Source: Chloroflexota bacterium (lineage in GTDB: Bacteria; Chloroflexota; Dehalococcoidia; JACQUD01). Taken from it: a stretch of 64,000 nt of DNA. The position numbers and the translations under genes were made by a program. Location of the stretch: the NCBI GenBank assembly GCA_016210485.1, contig JACQUD010000059.1, positions 20,800 through 84,799 on the forward strand, in the 5' to 3' direction. The notes beneath the pieces are model-generated. The model was not told the DNA's origin. It was given only the letters and a program-made list of their open reading frames with translations, and ran no database searches. This document shows, one piece after another, positions 29,160 through 40,062 of the stretch (position 1 is the first letter of the stretch; every line of letters starts with the position of its first letter).

Positions 29160-30515
29160 ATGAAGAGTTCGACATTGCCCCTGGAGGATGGAGCCAGGAT
29201 AGCCATCGTAGGAGGCGGCCCGGCGGGTTGCTTCTTCGCCCATTTCGCTCTGAAGCTGGCGAGGGAGAAGGGCCTCAAGCTGGAGGTAGCCATCTTCGAC
29301 GGCAAGGACTTCCACAGGCTTGGCCCTCCCGGATGCAACATGTGCGCCGGGGTGCTGGCGGCCAACTTCGTCCAGGATATGAAGGAGGCAGGGTTCCATA
29401 TCCACCCGGAGGTAGTGCAGCGCTATATTGAGGGCTACTGCCTGGAGACCAGGGCAGGCAACCTCTACCTGCATCCTCCCCCCGGCACTAGCCCTATATG
29501 CACCGTGTATCGGGGCAGCGGCCCCCGGGGCTCTGTGCCCCAACGAAATGTCAGCTTCGATGATTTTCTTCTGGAGCACGTCCGGTCAGAGGGAGCAACC
29601 ATAGTCCCTCGATACGTCCAAGACATCATCCTCCCTCAAAGGCCCCAGGAGCCTGCTCGCCTGATCACAGGGCCGCCGGAGGATGCCCGAACCTATGAAG
29701 CGGAGCTGATTGTGGGGGCCTTCGGCCTCCATACCCGGCTGACCCAGAGGATGGCCCAGTTGGACTTCGGCTACCGTCCACCCGATGCTATGCCCTGCGT
29801 GCAGGCCGAGGTCTGGCTGGGGGCCGAGCACATCCAGTCCGCCTGGGGCAACTACATCTATGTCTATGAGCTTAAGACGCCCCGCGTGAAGTTCGCCGCC
29901 ATCACCCCCAAGCGAGATTTCCTCACGGTGACCCTGATAGGCCCGGAGGTCACTGCGGAGGATGTGGATATGCTGTTCAACCATCCCGAGGTGCGCCGTC
30001 GCCTGCCCCGAGGCTGGGAGATGGCCTCGGGCTACTGCCACTGCCGCCCCAGCGTGGCCGCCTCTCCTTGCCGAAGGCCCTTCACCGACCGCCTGGTCAT
30101 CGTGGGCGACGCCAGCAACTCCCGGCTATATAAGAACGGCCTGGAGTCCTCCTACTTCACCGGAAAAGCGGCGGCGGAGTCTGCTTTGAACCACGGCGTC
30201 TCGGCCAAGGACTTCCAGAAGCACTACTATCCCACATGCCGCTCCATAGCCCGCGATGCCTTTTACGGCCGGCTGCTCTTCCTCCTCCACGACTACCTGT
30301 TCAGCGGCCAGAGGCTGACCGCAGCCTTCCTGGAGGCCGCTAGGGCCGAGGGAGGCTCCAAGGGCAGCCAGAGGATCCGGGAACTGGGCTGGAGTATGCT
30401 CACCGGCGACCGGCCTTACGGGCAGATCCTGCGCCATATGCTATCTCCCTCCCCTTACTTGAGCCTGGCCCGCGCCGCCTGGGCCACGTCCAGAAAGGAA
30501 GAGGACAGGGGATAG
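29160..30515 (+). CDS. FAD-dependent oxidoreductase (NAD(P)/FAD-binding; geranylgeranyl-reductase-like)
   Basis: N-terminal dinucleotide fold IAIVGGGPAGCFFA. Confidence 0.75.
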   Translation: MKSSTLPLEDGARIAIVGGGPAGCFFAHFALKLAREKGLKLEVAIFDGKDFHRLGPPGCNMCAGVLAANFVQDMKEAGFHIHPEVVQRYIEGYCLETRAGNLYLHPPPGTSPICTVYRGSGPRGSVPQRNVSFDDFLLEHVRSEGATIVPRYVQDIILPQRPQEPARLITGPPEDARTYEAELIVGAFGLHTRLTQRMAQLDFGYRPPDAMPCVQAEVWLGAEHIQSAWGNYIYVYELKTPRVKFAAITPKRDFLTVTLIGPEVTAEDVDMLFNHPEVRRRLPRGWEMASGYCHCRPSVAASPCRRPFTDRLVIVGDASNSRLYKNGLESSYFTGKAAAESALNHGVSAKDFQKHYYPTCRSIARDAFYGRLLFLLHDYLFSGQRLTAAFLEAARAEGGSKGSQRIRELGWSMLTGDRPYGQILRHMLSPSPYLSLARAAWATSRKEEDRG

Positions 30516-30526
30516 GAGCCGTCAGG

Positions 30527-32056
30527 TTGCGCTGTAAAGTGGATGCCCTCCTTTACAATGCCCGCATCATCACCTTAGACCCAGCTCGCCCCAGCGCCGA
30601 GGCCGTGGCAGTGGAGCAAGGGCGCATCCTCTGGGTGGGTGAAAACGCAGATATAGTAGGCCTGGAGGCAGAGCAGCACCTGGACTGCCAGGGCCTGACC
30701 CTCCTACCCGGCTTCCACGATGCACACCTTCACTTCTTCGCCTTCGCCTCCAGCGTCTCGGAGCTGGATTTGAGCGACGCCTCCTCCCTGACCAACCTTC
30801 TGGCCCTGGTTCAAGGGAGAGCCCAGACCACCCCGCCGGGGCGCTGGGTCCTGGGCCAGGGATATCACGAGTTTCACCTCAAGGAGAAGCGCCACCCCAC
30901 CCGACGGGAGCTGGACCAAGTTGCCCCCGGCCACCCCATACGCCTGGCCCACAGCACCCACCACGCCTGGGTTCTGAACAGCCAAGCCCTGGCCCTGGCC
31001 GGCATCTCCCAGGATTACGAGCCTCCCGACGTGGGCCATGTGGAGCGGGATGAGGCCGGCGAGCCCACCGGCCTCATCCTGGAGCCCCACATACATGCGG
31101 AGGCCCTGACACCTCTGAGCGCTGCAGAGCAGAAAGACATGGCGAGGGAAGCCACCCAACTCCTGCTGGGCAGGGGGATTACCTCTTTCCAGGATGCCAC
31201 GGCCGGCAACGGCCTGGCCCATTGGCGTGAGTTCCAGAGGCTGAAAGCCGAGGGGGAGATGCCCTGCCGGGCCACTGTAATGATGGGCTGGGAGGCTTTG
31301 GATGAGCTGCTGTCTCAGGGCCTACAGCCTAGGGCAGAGGAAGGGGGGCTGCGCCTGGGCCCCATAAAGATAATGCAGGACGAAGCTAGCCCAACCCTCC
31401 AGCCCCCTCAGGCGGAGCTAGATGCGATAGTCCTGGCGACCCATCGGGCCGGCTTCCAGATAGCCATCCACGCTGTGGAGGAGCCGGCCGTGGCCGCCGC
31501 TGTATCCGCCCTGGGAAAAGCACAAAAGGCCTATCCGCGCCCCGACCCCCGACACCGCATCGAGCACGCCTCCCAGTGCCCCCCTCACCTCCAGGAGCGC
31601 CTCCACCGCCTGGGGGCAGTAGTGGTCTCCCAACCCCCCTTCCTCTATGCCAGCGGCGATAGATACCTGGAGACGGTCCCGCCGGAGGGACAGCCCTGGC
31701 TCTATCCCTTCGGCTCCCTGCTCAAAGCAGGCGTGACCCTAGCCGCTAGCTCCGACGCCCCAATAGCCCCACCCAACCCATTCCTCGGCATTTACTCCGC
31801 AGCAACCCGCCACTCCAGGATGGGCCAATCTTTGAGCCTTCAGGAAAGAATATCACCACAGCAGGCCCTGAGCATGTATACCCTGGGGGCTGCCCACTCC
31901 ATCTTTCGAGAGTCCGAGCTGGGCTCCCTGACCCCGGGCAAGTTGGCCGACTTCATCCTGGTGGACCGAGACCCCACAGAGACACCTTCGGAGGAGCTGA
32001 AAGACATCCGGGTGATGAAAACCTTCATCGGAGGAAAACTGGCCTGGGAAGCCTAG
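30527..32056 (+). CDS. Amidohydrolase-family (amidohydrolase_3 / YtcJ-like) metal-dependent hydrolase
   Basis: …LLPGFHDAHLHF… metal ligands. 509 aa. Confidence 0.85.
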   Translation: MRCKVDALLYNARIITLDPARPSAEAVAVEQGRILWVGENADIVGLEAEQHLDCQGLTLLPGFHDAHLHFFAFASSVSELDLSDASSLTNLLALVQGRAQTTPPGRWVLGQGYHEFHLKEKRHPTRRELDQVAPGHPIRLAHSTHHAWVLNSQALALAGISQDYEPPDVGHVERDEAGEPTGLILEPHIHAEALTPLSAAEQKDMAREATQLLLGRGITSFQDATAGNGLAHWREFQRLKAEGEMPCRATVMMGWEALDELLSQGLQPRAEEGGLRLGPIKIMQDEASPTLQPPQAELDAIVLATHRAGFQIAIHAVEEPAVAAAVSALGKAQKAYPRPDPRHRIEHASQCPPHLQERLHRLGAVVVSQPPFLYASGDRYLETVPPEGQPWLYPFGSLLKAGVTLAASSDAPIAPPNPFLGIYSAATRHSRMGQSLSLQERISPQQALSMYTLGAAHSIFRESELGSLTPGKLADFILVDRDPTETPSEELKDIRVMKTFIGGKLAWEA

Positions 32057-32135
32057 CAGGTTAGTGGAAAAAGGGAGTCCAGAGAGGCGGAGCCCCTTTG
32101 GCAAGAGCCTGGGGGATACCCCATAGATACAAATT

Positions 32136-32163
32136 GTCCCCCTTCCTGGCCAGGAAGGGGGAC
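32136..32163. terminator. Perfect palindromic hairpin between convergent genes (bidirectional terminator candidate)
   Basis: gtcccccttcct-ggcc-aggaagggggac, preceded by acaaatt (i.e. AAUUUGU on the minus strand). Confidence 0.45.
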
Positions 32164-32194
32164 AAGGGGATGGTCGAAGGAGCTCTTCACCCTG

Positions 32195-32449
32195 CTAGGT
32201 CAGGCGCGAGGCCACCTGTCCGATGACCTGGAGCAGGATTATGGCCACTATAGGCGTAATGTCGAACGCCCCCATCATGGGAATGATGCGGCGCAGCGGG
32301 GCCAGCACCGGCTCGGTGATCTCGAAGACGAACCTGCCTATGAAGTTATCCGAGCCACCCGGAAACCAGGACAGGATGGCGCGCCCGAAGATAGCGAAGG
32401 TGAGGACCTGGATGAGGGCGAAGATGAAGTTGACAACCGCGTTGCTCAT
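32195..32449 (-). CDS. yggT: YggT-family membrane protein
   Basis: 84 aa, two TM segments, YggT-like sequence. In the conserved yggS-proC-yggT neighbourhood. Confidence 0.8.
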   Translation of the reverse strand: MSNAVVNFIFALIQVLTFAIFGRAILSWFPGGSDNFIGRFVFEITEPVLAPLRRIIPMMGAFDITPIVAIILLQVIGQVASRLT

Positions 32450-33258
32450 TTATTATCCGCACTACCCAAGAGCTTCGCTTTTTCATAGGCAGCGATGACG
32501 GCCTGGGCCAAGATGGCCCGGACCCCCCCTTCCTCCAGCTTCAGCAGTCCCTCGGCGGTGGTCCCCCCCGGCGAGGTAACCTGGTTCCTCAGCTCCGCCA
32601 GGGACTTGCCCGAGGCCTGGGCCAGCAAGGCCGAGCCGGCCACCGTCTGAATCGCCATCTCCCGGGCCATGGCCCAGGGCAGCCCCAGATAGACAGCCCC
32701 CTCGATGAGAGCCTCCAGGATCATGAAGACATAGGCCGGGCCGCTGCCGCTCAGAGCGGTAGCGATGTTCAGGTAGTCCTCTTTCTCGGCGTAAAACTCC
32801 ACCCCCAACACGGAGAGGAGGCGACGGGTTATCTCTTTCTGCTCCACCGATACCGCCTCCGTGGCAGTCCAGACCGTCACCCCTTGTCCTATTTGACCCG
32901 GCGTGTTGGGCATGGTCCTAACCACAACGCTGTGCCCCAAGCCCACGGTCAGGGTGGAAAGAGTAGCCCCGGCCACGATGGATATCACCATCTGCTCTCT
33001 TTTAAGCCTGCCATTGAGGTCGGCCATGACCTCGGCCAGGCTTTGGGGCTTCACAGCCAGCACTATCGCCTCCGCGCTGGAGGCCGCCTCCAGGTTATCG
33101 CCCAGGGCAGAGACCCTGTATTCCTTCGACAGGTAGGCCCGCCGAGCCCGGTCTATATCGCTGACGGCGATGTCAGAAGGCAAGGCCAGGCCCCGGCCCA
33201 GTATGCCCTTTACGAAGGCCTCGGCCATGACACCGCCTCCCATGAAAGCTAGCTTCAT
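32446..33258 (-). CDS. proC: Pyrroline-5-carboxylate reductase
   Basis: [15 protein letters not shown]… Rossmann fold and P5CR C-terminal dimerisation region. Confidence 0.93.
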   Translation of the reverse strand: MKLAFMGGGVMAEAFVKGILGRGLALPSDIAVSDIDRARRAYLSKEYRVSALGDNLEAASSAEAIVLAVKPQSLAEVMADLNGRLKREQMVISIVAGATLSTLTVGLGHSVVVRTMPNTPGQIGQGVTVWTATEAVSVEQKEITRRLLSVLGVEFYAEKEDYLNIATALSGSGPAYVFMILEALIEGAVYLGLPWAMAREMAIQTVAGSALLAQASGKSLAELRNQVTSPGGTTAEGLLKLEEGGVRAILAQAVIAAYEKAKLLGSADNK

Positions 33259-33269
33259 CCTTTTCCCTC

Positions 33270-33926
33270 CTACGGGCCGAAGATGGCCCGGCCCAGACGC
33301 ACCATTGTGGCCCCCTCCTCCACCGCCACCTCAAAGTCATCGGTCATTCCCATGGAGAGGTTGCGCAGGCCCAGGGAATCTCGCAGTTCCCGGAGCCGGC
33401 GGAAGACGGGACGCACTTTCTCAGGGTCGTCCACCTGTGGCGCAATGGTCATCAATCCGACCAGCTCCAAGCCAGAAAGAGCTGTGATCTGGGCCGCCAC
33501 CCCTGCCACAGCCTCCGGCGGCAGGCCCATCTTGGAAGCCTCTCCCGAAACATTCACCTGGAGCAAGATGCTCAGTCTCCCTGTCGCCCTCTGGCTCAAG
33601 GATTGAGCCAACTTGAGGGAATCGACGCTGTGTATTATACCAAAGAGGCCGAGCGCCATCTTCACCTTATTGGTCTGAAGATGTCCCACCATATGCCAGG
33701 TGGCTTCGGGCATATCTGGAAGAAGGGCGAGCAGCTTATCCGCCGCCTCCTGCACACGATTCTCTCCGAAGTGGCGAGCCCCAGCCCGATAGGCCTCCAG
33801 GATGGCCGGGGGCGCTACCCCCTTTGTTATGGCCACCAGGGTTATATCTTCAGAGGAGCGCCCGGCGCGCTGGCAGGCGGCGGAGATGCGCTGCCTCACC
33901 ATACCCAACCTTTCCCCCACGGTCAA
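33270..33926 (-). CDS. yggS: YggS-family pyridoxal-phosphate homeostasis protein
   Basis: …[10 protein letters not shown]… ; …[12 protein letters not shown]… alanine-racemase-fold N-terminal domain. Confidence 0.9.
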   Translation of the reverse strand: MTVGERLGMVRQRISAACQRAGRSSEDITLVAITKGVAPPAILEAYRAGARHFGENRVQEAADKLLALLPDMPEATWHMVGHLQTNKVKMALGLFGIIHSVDSLKLAQSLSQRATGRLSILLQVNVSGEASKMGLPPEAVAGVAAQITALSGLELVGLMTIAPQVDDPEKVRPVFRRLRELRDSLGLRNLSMGMTDDFEVAVEEGATMVRLGRAIFGP

Positions 33927-35476
33927 CGGAGCACCTCCTCAGGCATCTTGGCTGACCCCGCACTCAGGAAGGCCCAGGGCTGCTCCGCCAGAGCCAGCTC
34001 CCGGTGGAGCCATGAGGTATCCATCCCTTCCAAAGTCTTCCTCCAAGCCGACAGTTTGTTAGCCGCCAGACGAGCCAGGGCTAGGCCCAGGCGGGCGTCC
34101 CCCCGAGCCAGGAGACCCTGGATCAGGCTCCAGGAGGCTCCCTCTCCCCTTATGTCAACTCCAGCCTTGGCCAGGAGGCTGCGAGCCAGGCGCAGACGCC
34201 CCTTTAGGACCTGAAGCTGGGCCATGGGGAGGGCCTGGAAGGGCGTCCCAGCCTTGGGCACGAAGGGGTTGATATTGGCCACTATTCGGGTTGGAGCGCT
34301 TAAGCGCTCCAACTCCTTCTTCCCCTGAAGAATGAGTCGGGCTATCTCCCAAATGTCCTCGTCATTCTCACCGGGCAGCCCCACTAGGAAGTAGAGCTTC
34401 AGCTCGGGGAAGCCCAGCGCCCCTACCCGGCGGATGGCCCTGAGGATGACCTCAGTAGAGATGGGCTTGCCAATGGCCCGGCGCAGAGCCTCTGATCCCG
34501 CCTCCGGGGCCAGGGTTACCATGCGGGTGCCGCTCTCGGCCAGCGCCTGAAGCAGACCCTGGGGCAAAGCATCCACCCGGAGGGAGCTGACAGAGATTTG
34601 AGCGCCCCGGGCTCGCAGCCGAGTGGCCAGTTCCCCGATATCGGGATGGTCCGATACCGAAGCCCCCACCAACCCCAGCCTCCTCCCTCGGGCCAGCCCG
34701 GCCTCGCCCTGGGCCAGGAGATTCGCCAGGGAACGAGTTCGCAATGGCTTGAAGTGATGTCCCGCCATACAGAAGCGACATCCCCGGGCGCAGCCCCGGG
34801 CCACCTCCATAAGGAACATATCGCCCAGCTCAGTATCGGGAGTGAGCACCACCGAGGTAGTGGCGAAGGAGTCCAGGTCAAGTGCCCACTGCCGGCTTAC
34901 TCTCGTTCGGGCATCCAAGGCTGGGACATAGAGGCCCGGCACTGAAGCGATGGCCTGGAACAGCTCTGAGCGAGAGCCACTCTCTCCCTCTCTCAGAACA
35001 TCCAGGAAAGGGGGCAAAATGGCCTCGGCCTCCCCTATGGCCAGGGCATCGAAGAAGGGAGAGAGGGGAAGAGGGTTGGCAGTTATACACGGCCCCCCGG
35101 CTATCACCAGGGGATGTCGCTCATCCCGGTCCTGGGCCAACACAGGGATGCCAGCCGACTTGAGGACTTGAAGGACGTTGAAATAGTCCAACTCGTAGGA
35201 GATAGAGAAGGCAAGGAGGGAGAAATGGTCCAGGGGTCGCCCTGACTCCAGAGCCAGGGGCCGCCCTTCACCTTCCCAGAAGAAGCGCTCGCAGACTATG
35301 CTGCCTTGGGCATTGAGCAAACCATATATAGTTTGGAATCCCAAGTTGGACATGCCTAGATAGTAGGAGTTGGGGTATATGAGAGCGATGGGGAAACGGC
35401 CACCCCAGTCCTTGATGATGGCGCCGTCCTCCCTGCGTAGCTTCTGGCGCGTCCGCCTGCTTAACTCCCCGCCCAT
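33923..35476 (-). CDS. Radical SAM protein, TIGR03960-like uncharacterised family
   Basis: …IALIYPNSYYLGMSNLGFQTIY… and CxxxCxxC in …GCARGCRFCMAGH. Confidence 0.8.
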   Translation of the reverse strand: MGGELSRRTRQKLRREDGAIIKDWGGRFPIALIYPNSYYLGMSNLGFQTIYGLLNAQGSIVCERFFWEGEGRPLALESGRPLDHFSLLAFSISYELDYFNVLQVLKSAGIPVLAQDRDERHPLVIAGGPCITANPLPLSPFFDALAIGEAEAILPPFLDVLREGESGSRSELFQAIASVPGLYVPALDARTRVSRQWALDLDSFATTSVVLTPDTELGDMFLMEVARGCARGCRFCMAGHHFKPLRTRSLANLLAQGEAGLARGRRLGLVGASVSDHPDIGELATRLRARGAQISVSSLRVDALPQGLLQALAESGTRMVTLAPEAGSEALRRAIGKPISTEVILRAIRRVGALGFPELKLYFLVGLPGENDEDIWEIARLILQGKKELERLSAPTRIVANINPFVPKAGTPFQALPMAQLQVLKGRLRLARSLLAKAGVDIRGEGASWSLIQGLLARGDARLGLALARLAANKLSAWRKTLEGMDTSWLHRELALAEQPWAFLSAGSAKMPEEVLR

Positions 35477-35513
35477 AAGTTCAATTATAGCCCAGCCCGG
35501 CCCTACTATCGAG

Positions 35514-35783
35514 CTAAAGCTCCACCCGCCTCATCTCGAAGACCACCGGATTCTCAGCATCGGGGCAGGCAATGCCAGGGTACACTTCAGGGTCTTTGAC
35601 CCAGGGGAAGGTGCCCCCAAATTGGAGGACACGGAGGGTTGGATAAAGGGCGGCGAAGGCGGAAAGGCACATCCCCCCCGGGGTTTTACTGGTTATAAAG
35701 AACTCATCGCCCACCTTGTGCTCTGCCGCGCAGTGCCCCACCTGTTTGACCACCTTGACCTTGACATTGTAGCGTTTAGCCAT
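35514..35783 (-). CDS. TIGR04076-family small cysteine-containing protein
   Basis: MAKRYNVKVKVVKQVGHCAAEHKVGDEF…GGTFPWVKDPEVYPGIACPDAENPVVFEMRRV. Start at internal ATG 35783. Confidence 0.55.
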   Translation of the reverse strand: MAKRYNVKVKVVKQVGHCAAEHKVGDEFFITSKTPGGMCLSAFAALYPTLRVLQFGGTFPWVKDPEVYPGIACPDAENPVVFEMRRVEL

Positions 35784-35942
35784 GGCATCTCCTTTCAGCA
35801 AGTCTTCACCTAGCATTGGTCTCTGCTTCTGCAGTCTGCGGTCATTATACATGATAAAGCAAGATAAGCCAAGAGTATTTTGGCTACTACCAGGAGCTCC
35901 ACCCATCCACCACAAGTTGAAGCCAGCTTTAGTCTCTTACAC

Positions 35943-37442
35943 CTAGGCCGAGGACTTCCCAGGCCGGTTGGCCTTGCCCACGAAGCCAGGGCCGATCCCA
36001 GCCTCATGGGCGGCCCAGGCCCCCGCCACCCTGCCGCTGAGGAGCGAAGGCCCCACCCCCGTTCCCCCCAGGCCAACCTTGCCTTGGATATGTCCTCCGG
36101 CTGCCCCCGCCACCTCTCCGGCGGCGAAAAGCCCTGGGATAGGCTCGTACCACTTGTTCAATACACGACAACGAAGGTCTGCCTTGACGCCGCCGAGGGT
36201 CGCCCGTGCCAGGGGGAAGAAATGAAAAGCGAAGTAAGGGGGCCACTTTATGGGACGCATCCCCGGGAGCAGGCGCCCGAAATCTGGATCACGATCCAGC
36301 CCACGCTCCAGATAGGAGTTGTAGGTGCTTACTGTCTCTGCCAGTGCTGTGGCTGGCAGCCCGGCCCGCTGGGCCAGGTCCTCGAGGCTGTTCGCCGATA
36401 AGACATGGGGCGACGTTACCAGGAATATGGAGACTTTATCCTCGTCCGGCTCGTCCGTCCCCGGCTGCCAGTAATAAGGGTCCACCACGGTGACTCCTTC
36501 AACCATGTCGCTGTCTATGATAGCCCAATACTCCGCAGGCTCCTGGCCGAGCACCACGGACGTGCCCGACACCGCGCCGGGGAAGGGCTCGTCGCGGAAG
36601 CGCCGGCCCTGACTGTTGACCCAGATGGCGCGGGGGAGCCCCCATATCACCAGCCCCCGCCTTCCCGTCGGGTCCAGGTGGTCCGGCACGGCGTGGATGT
36701 AGAGCGCCAGCTCGTTCATATGAGTGAGCGCTGCCCCCGTCCCTGCCGCCATCAGGTGACCCTCTCCCCTGGCGCCGATGTGGGATCCCTCCAGGATGCG
36801 GCGGCCCCGAAACTGCGGACAATGCTCGTAGATCATGTCGATGTTGGAGGCGAAGCCGCCCGAGGCCAGGACAATAGCGCTCGCTCTAAACTCAAGGTCT
36901 TCGCCGGTGTCGACTTTGTGGGCACGCACCCCTACAGCGCGGCCACCCTCCATGAGTATCTCAGTGGCCGCTGTGCCAGGCAGCCAGATGCGGGCGCCCC
37001 GGGCCAACGCTGTCTCATACAGCGCCTTCCACAGCCCCGGCCCTCCGTTCTCGGGCCCGTGCATGCGAGGGACGCTGTTGCCCTCATAGGGGAGCAGGCC
37101 CACCCAGCGGACGCCGCGCTCTTGGGCCCATTCGAACAACTCATGGAGCGTGTGGTCGATATAGAATCGGGCCCACTCCTCATTGGCAGCGCCTCTCCCC
37201 ACATGGATCCAGTCCTGAAAGGCCAGGTCGGGCGAGTCCTGGAGCCCAATCTCCCTTTGCAGAGGGGTATCCACCAGGCAGCAGAAGCCGGTGGAGCTGT
37301 TGGAAGCGCCGCCCAGCTCGGCCTCTCGCTCCAGCACTATGGCGCTGGCACCTTGCTCCGCCACCTCGACGGCCGCGGCCACGGCAGCGCCGCCGGAGCC
37401 AACGATCACCACATCCGCTCGTTGCATCTTTACGGTAGGCAT
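35943..37442 (-). CDS. FAD-binding dehydrogenase (fumarate reductase/succinate dehydrogenase flavoprotein-like, soluble)
   Basis: ADVVIVGSGGAAVAAAVEVAEQGASAIVLE dinucleotide fold. FrdA/KstD-like C-terminal region …AAGEVAGAAGGHIQG…. Confidence 0.85.
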   Translation of the reverse strand: MPTVKMQRADVVIVGSGGAAVAAAVEVAEQGASAIVLEREAELGGASNSSTGFCCLVDTPLQREIGLQDSPDLAFQDWIHVGRGAANEEWARFYIDHTLHELFEWAQERGVRWVGLLPYEGNSVPRMHGPENGGPGLWKALYETALARGARIWLPGTAATEILMEGGRAVGVRAHKVDTGEDLEFRASAIVLASGGFASNIDMIYEHCPQFRGRRILEGSHIGARGEGHLMAAGTGAALTHMNELALYIHAVPDHLDPTGRRGLVIWGLPRAIWVNSQGRRFRDEPFPGAVSGTSVVLGQEPAEYWAIIDSDMVEGVTVVDPYYWQPGTDEPDEDKVSIFLVTSPHVLSANSLEDLAQRAGLPATALAETVSTYNSYLERGLDRDPDFGRLLPGMRPIKWPPYFAFHFFPLARATLGGVKADLRCRVLNKWYEPIPGLFAAGEVAGAAGGHIQGKVGLGGTGVGPSLLSGRVAGAWAAHEAGIGPGFVGKANRPGKSSA

Positions 37443-37561
37443 CGCTTTCTCCCTTCCATTTCCAAACCTTGCCCGAACCTTGGATAGAGCTTATTATATC
37501 ACTCCAAAGGTGCGTTCCACTCCAGCCTTCACCTAATGGGAAAGCCGAGGGAAGTGGGCCT

Positions 37562-37640
37562 CAGGCCCCCAGCGCTGTCTCAGCCTCCCCCGCACCCAGC
37601 CCGAAGCTGCCGGAGAGCATCATGTCGCCGTTGGGGAGCG
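37562..37640 (-). pseudogene. Decayed 3' fragment of a DUF1786-like gene (paralog remnant of the gene at 43837..44925)
   Basis: Minus strand encodes …SLPNGDMMLSGSFGLGAGEAETALGA*. Intact gene encodes …AIPHGDMMLSGSFGLVRAF…VVLGA*. About 30-nt near-identical DNA core (gagagcatcatgtcgccg). Confidence 0.35.
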
Positions 37641-37699
37641 AATTTTGATTGGCTTTGATACAATCAGGACAGCTAGTTAGAGTATCGAATGGATAGTTT

Positions 37700-38737
37700 A
37701 TGCGGACAGCTGCTATGACATCGATGGAACCAGGCTACATTGCCTTATATCGCTCGGGGGAGCTGGAGCGTCGGGCGCGAGCGCTGGAAGCCCGATTGGC
37801 CTCCTGCGATGTTTGCCCCAGGGAGTGCCGGTGCAACCGGTTAGAGAATGAGCTGGGTTATTGCCATTCAGGGCTTCTGCCCATAGTCTCGGCGGTCTGC
37901 GCTCATCTCGGAGAGGAGCCGGCTATTTCAGGAACCAGAGGGTCGGGGACAGTTTTCTTCGGCAATTGTAACCTGAGATGTGTCTACTGCCAGAATCACC
38001 AGATAAGCCAAGATCGGAGAAGGCAGCGGTCAAAGCAGATGGACTGCCATACCCTGGCTGAAGAGATGTTGTACCTCCAGAACGAGCTGGGCTGCCACAA
38101 CATTAACTTCGTCTCGCCATCCCATTTTGTGCCTCAGCTCCTCCGAGCGGTGCTGGAAGCGGTGCCTATGGGACTCAGAGTGCCTCTAGTATATAACACC
38201 AGCAGCTATGATTCTGTAGCATCCCTGAGAGAACTTGACGGAGTGATAAGTATTTACCTGCCTGATTTAAGATATGCCTCTGATGAGTGGGCCAAGAAGC
38301 TGTCAGGCGTGTCTGATTATGTGGAGCGAGCTCGTGAGGCTATCGCAGAGATGTATAGACAGGTGGGAGACCTATCGGTGGATAAAGCTGGCCTGGCGCA
38401 AAAGGGGCTGATCGTGCGCCACCTTGTGCTCCCCAACGGCCTGGCTGGCAGTGAGGAGTCGCTGACCTGGCTGGCCCGCCAGCTTTCCCCTACCGTGTCG
38501 GTCAGCTTGATGTCTCAATACAGGCCAGTGCACCGGGCGCTACGAATGCCGCTGCTGTCCAGGACGATCTCCTTCGGTGAATATGGAGCGGCCCTCCGGC
38601 TGCTAGCCGACTTGGGGCTAGAGAATGGCTGGGTGCAAGAGATGGGGGCATCGGAGGAATATCTCCCCGATTTTGAACGAGAGGGCCACCCTTTTCCCTC
38701 CATCCTTGAGACAACGGAGGAGCCTATACCTACGTGA
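37700..38737 (+). CDS. Radical SAM protein, PflX-like (pyruvate-formate-lyase-activating-enzyme homolog, COG1313)
   Basis: Two Cys clusters …CDVCPRECRCNRL… and …GNCNLRCVYCQN…. Confidence 0.82.
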   Translation: MRTAAMTSMEPGYIALYRSGELERRARALEARLASCDVCPRECRCNRLENELGYCHSGLLPIVSAVCAHLGEEPAISGTRGSGTVFFGNCNLRCVYCQNHQISQDRRRQRSKQMDCHTLAEEMLYLQNELGCHNINFVSPSHFVPQLLRAVLEAVPMGLRVPLVYNTSSYDSVASLRELDGVISIYLPDLRYASDEWAKKLSGVSDYVERAREAIAEMYRQVGDLSVDKAGLAQKGLIVRHLVLPNGLAGSEESLTWLARQLSPTVSVSLMSQYRPVHRALRMPLLSRTISFGEYGAALRLLADLGLENGWVQEMGASEEYLPDFEREGHPFPSILETTEEPIPT

Positions 38738-40062
38738 CCGATAAGCGTGTCATCGTGATCGGCGCCGGGGCCAGCGGCATGATAGCCGCTGGCCGGGCTG
38801 CCGAGCTGGGCGCCAACGTCCTTCTGCTGGAAAGAACCGAGCACCCAGGCCAGAAGATGCTCATCAGCGGCAAGACACGTTGCAACCTGACCAACGCCAA
38901 GGAACTCGACAACTTTATCTCCATGTATGGCCCTAACGGTCGTTTCCTTTATAGCGCTTTTCACCGCTTCTTTCGCGATGATTTGCTCGCCTTGTTGAAG
39001 CGCTACGGCGTGGAAACCAAGGCCGAGCGCGGCGGGCGAGTCTTCCCTGCCTCCGACGATGCCCGCGATGTAGTTAAAGCCTTGGAGCAGTACATGGCCG
39101 ACCACGGTGTCCAGCTACGCACCGATATCAGAGTAACTGGGATACAGGTCGATAGGGGGCGAGCGGTCGGCGTGCAAACGGAGACAGGGTCGCTCCCCGC
39201 AGCGGCAGTAGTTCTAGCTACCGGCGGCGCCTCATATCCCCAGACCGGCTCCACGGGCGATGGCTACCGGTTTGCCGCCACCCTCGGCCATACCATCACC
39301 AGGCTGCGCCCGGCTCTGGTTCCCCTGGTCGTCCATGAAGTCCAGCGGGTCAAAAGTATGCAGGGCGTCAGCCTGCGCAATGTGCGCCTGACGGCATATC
39401 AGTGCCCCGCCGATGACATCAACCCTTCTCTGGCCCCGGCCAGCGACTGGGGGCGCGGCATGAGCGGCAAGCAACCGCCCTGGCCTATCATCGAAAGCCG
39501 CATGGGGGAGATGATGATAACCCATTTCGGCATCGGCGGGCCTGTAACTTTGCTCATGAGCTTGGCGATAGTAGACGCCCTGGAGAATGGGCCGGTCAGC
39601 GTGTCTATCGACCTGAAACCCGCCCTGGACGAAAAGCAACTGCGCCAACGGCTGCAGCGGGACTTCGATAGCTATGCCAAGCGGAGCTACAGGAACGTCC
39701 TTAAGGGACTATTGCCGCAAAAGATGATTGACCCTTTCGTCGAGGCTACCGCCATCCCGCCGGACAAGCCCGGCCATCAGATAAGCTCCGAGGAGCGCGA
39801 GCGCCTGTTATGCCAGCTCAAATCGCTGCGCTTCAACATCGTGGGGCCGTTGCCGATGGCCTCCGCCATGGTGACCGCTGGCGGCGTCTCCCTCAGGGAA
39901 ATCGACCCCCGCACCATGGCCTCCCACCTAGTCGAGGGACTCTATTGTTGCGGCGAGGTGCTGGACGTAGATGGCGACACCGGCGGCTACAACCTGCAGG
40001 CTGCCTTCTCTACAGGATATGTGGCTGGCGAGGAGGGCGCCGTTAGAAGCTTAGGCCGGTGA
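38734..40062 (+). CDS. HI0933/BaiN-family NAD(P)/FAD-dependent flavoprotein
   Basis: MTDKRVIVIGAGASGMIAAGRAAELG… and characteristic C-terminal …GGYNLQAAFSTGYVAG. ATGA overlap with the upstream gene. Confidence 0.88.
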   Translation: MTDKRVIVIGAGASGMIAAGRAAELGANVLLLERTEHPGQKMLISGKTRCNLTNAKELDNFISMYGPNGRFLYSAFHRFFRDDLLALLKRYGVETKAERGGRVFPASDDARDVVKALEQYMADHGVQLRTDIRVTGIQVDRGRAVGVQTETGSLPAAAVVLATGGASYPQTGSTGDGYRFAATLGHTITRLRPALVPLVVHEVQRVKSMQGVSLRNVRLTAYQCPADDINPSLAPASDWGRGMSGKQPPWPIIESRMGEMMITHFGIGGPVTLLMSLAIVDALENGPVSVSIDLKPALDEKQLRQRLQRDFDSYAKRSYRNVLKGLLPQKMIDPFVEATAIPPDKPGHQISSEERERLLCQLKSLRFNIVGPLPMASAMVTAGGVSLREIDPRTMASHLVEGLYCCGEVLDVDGDTGGYNLQAAFSTGYVAGEEGAVRSLGR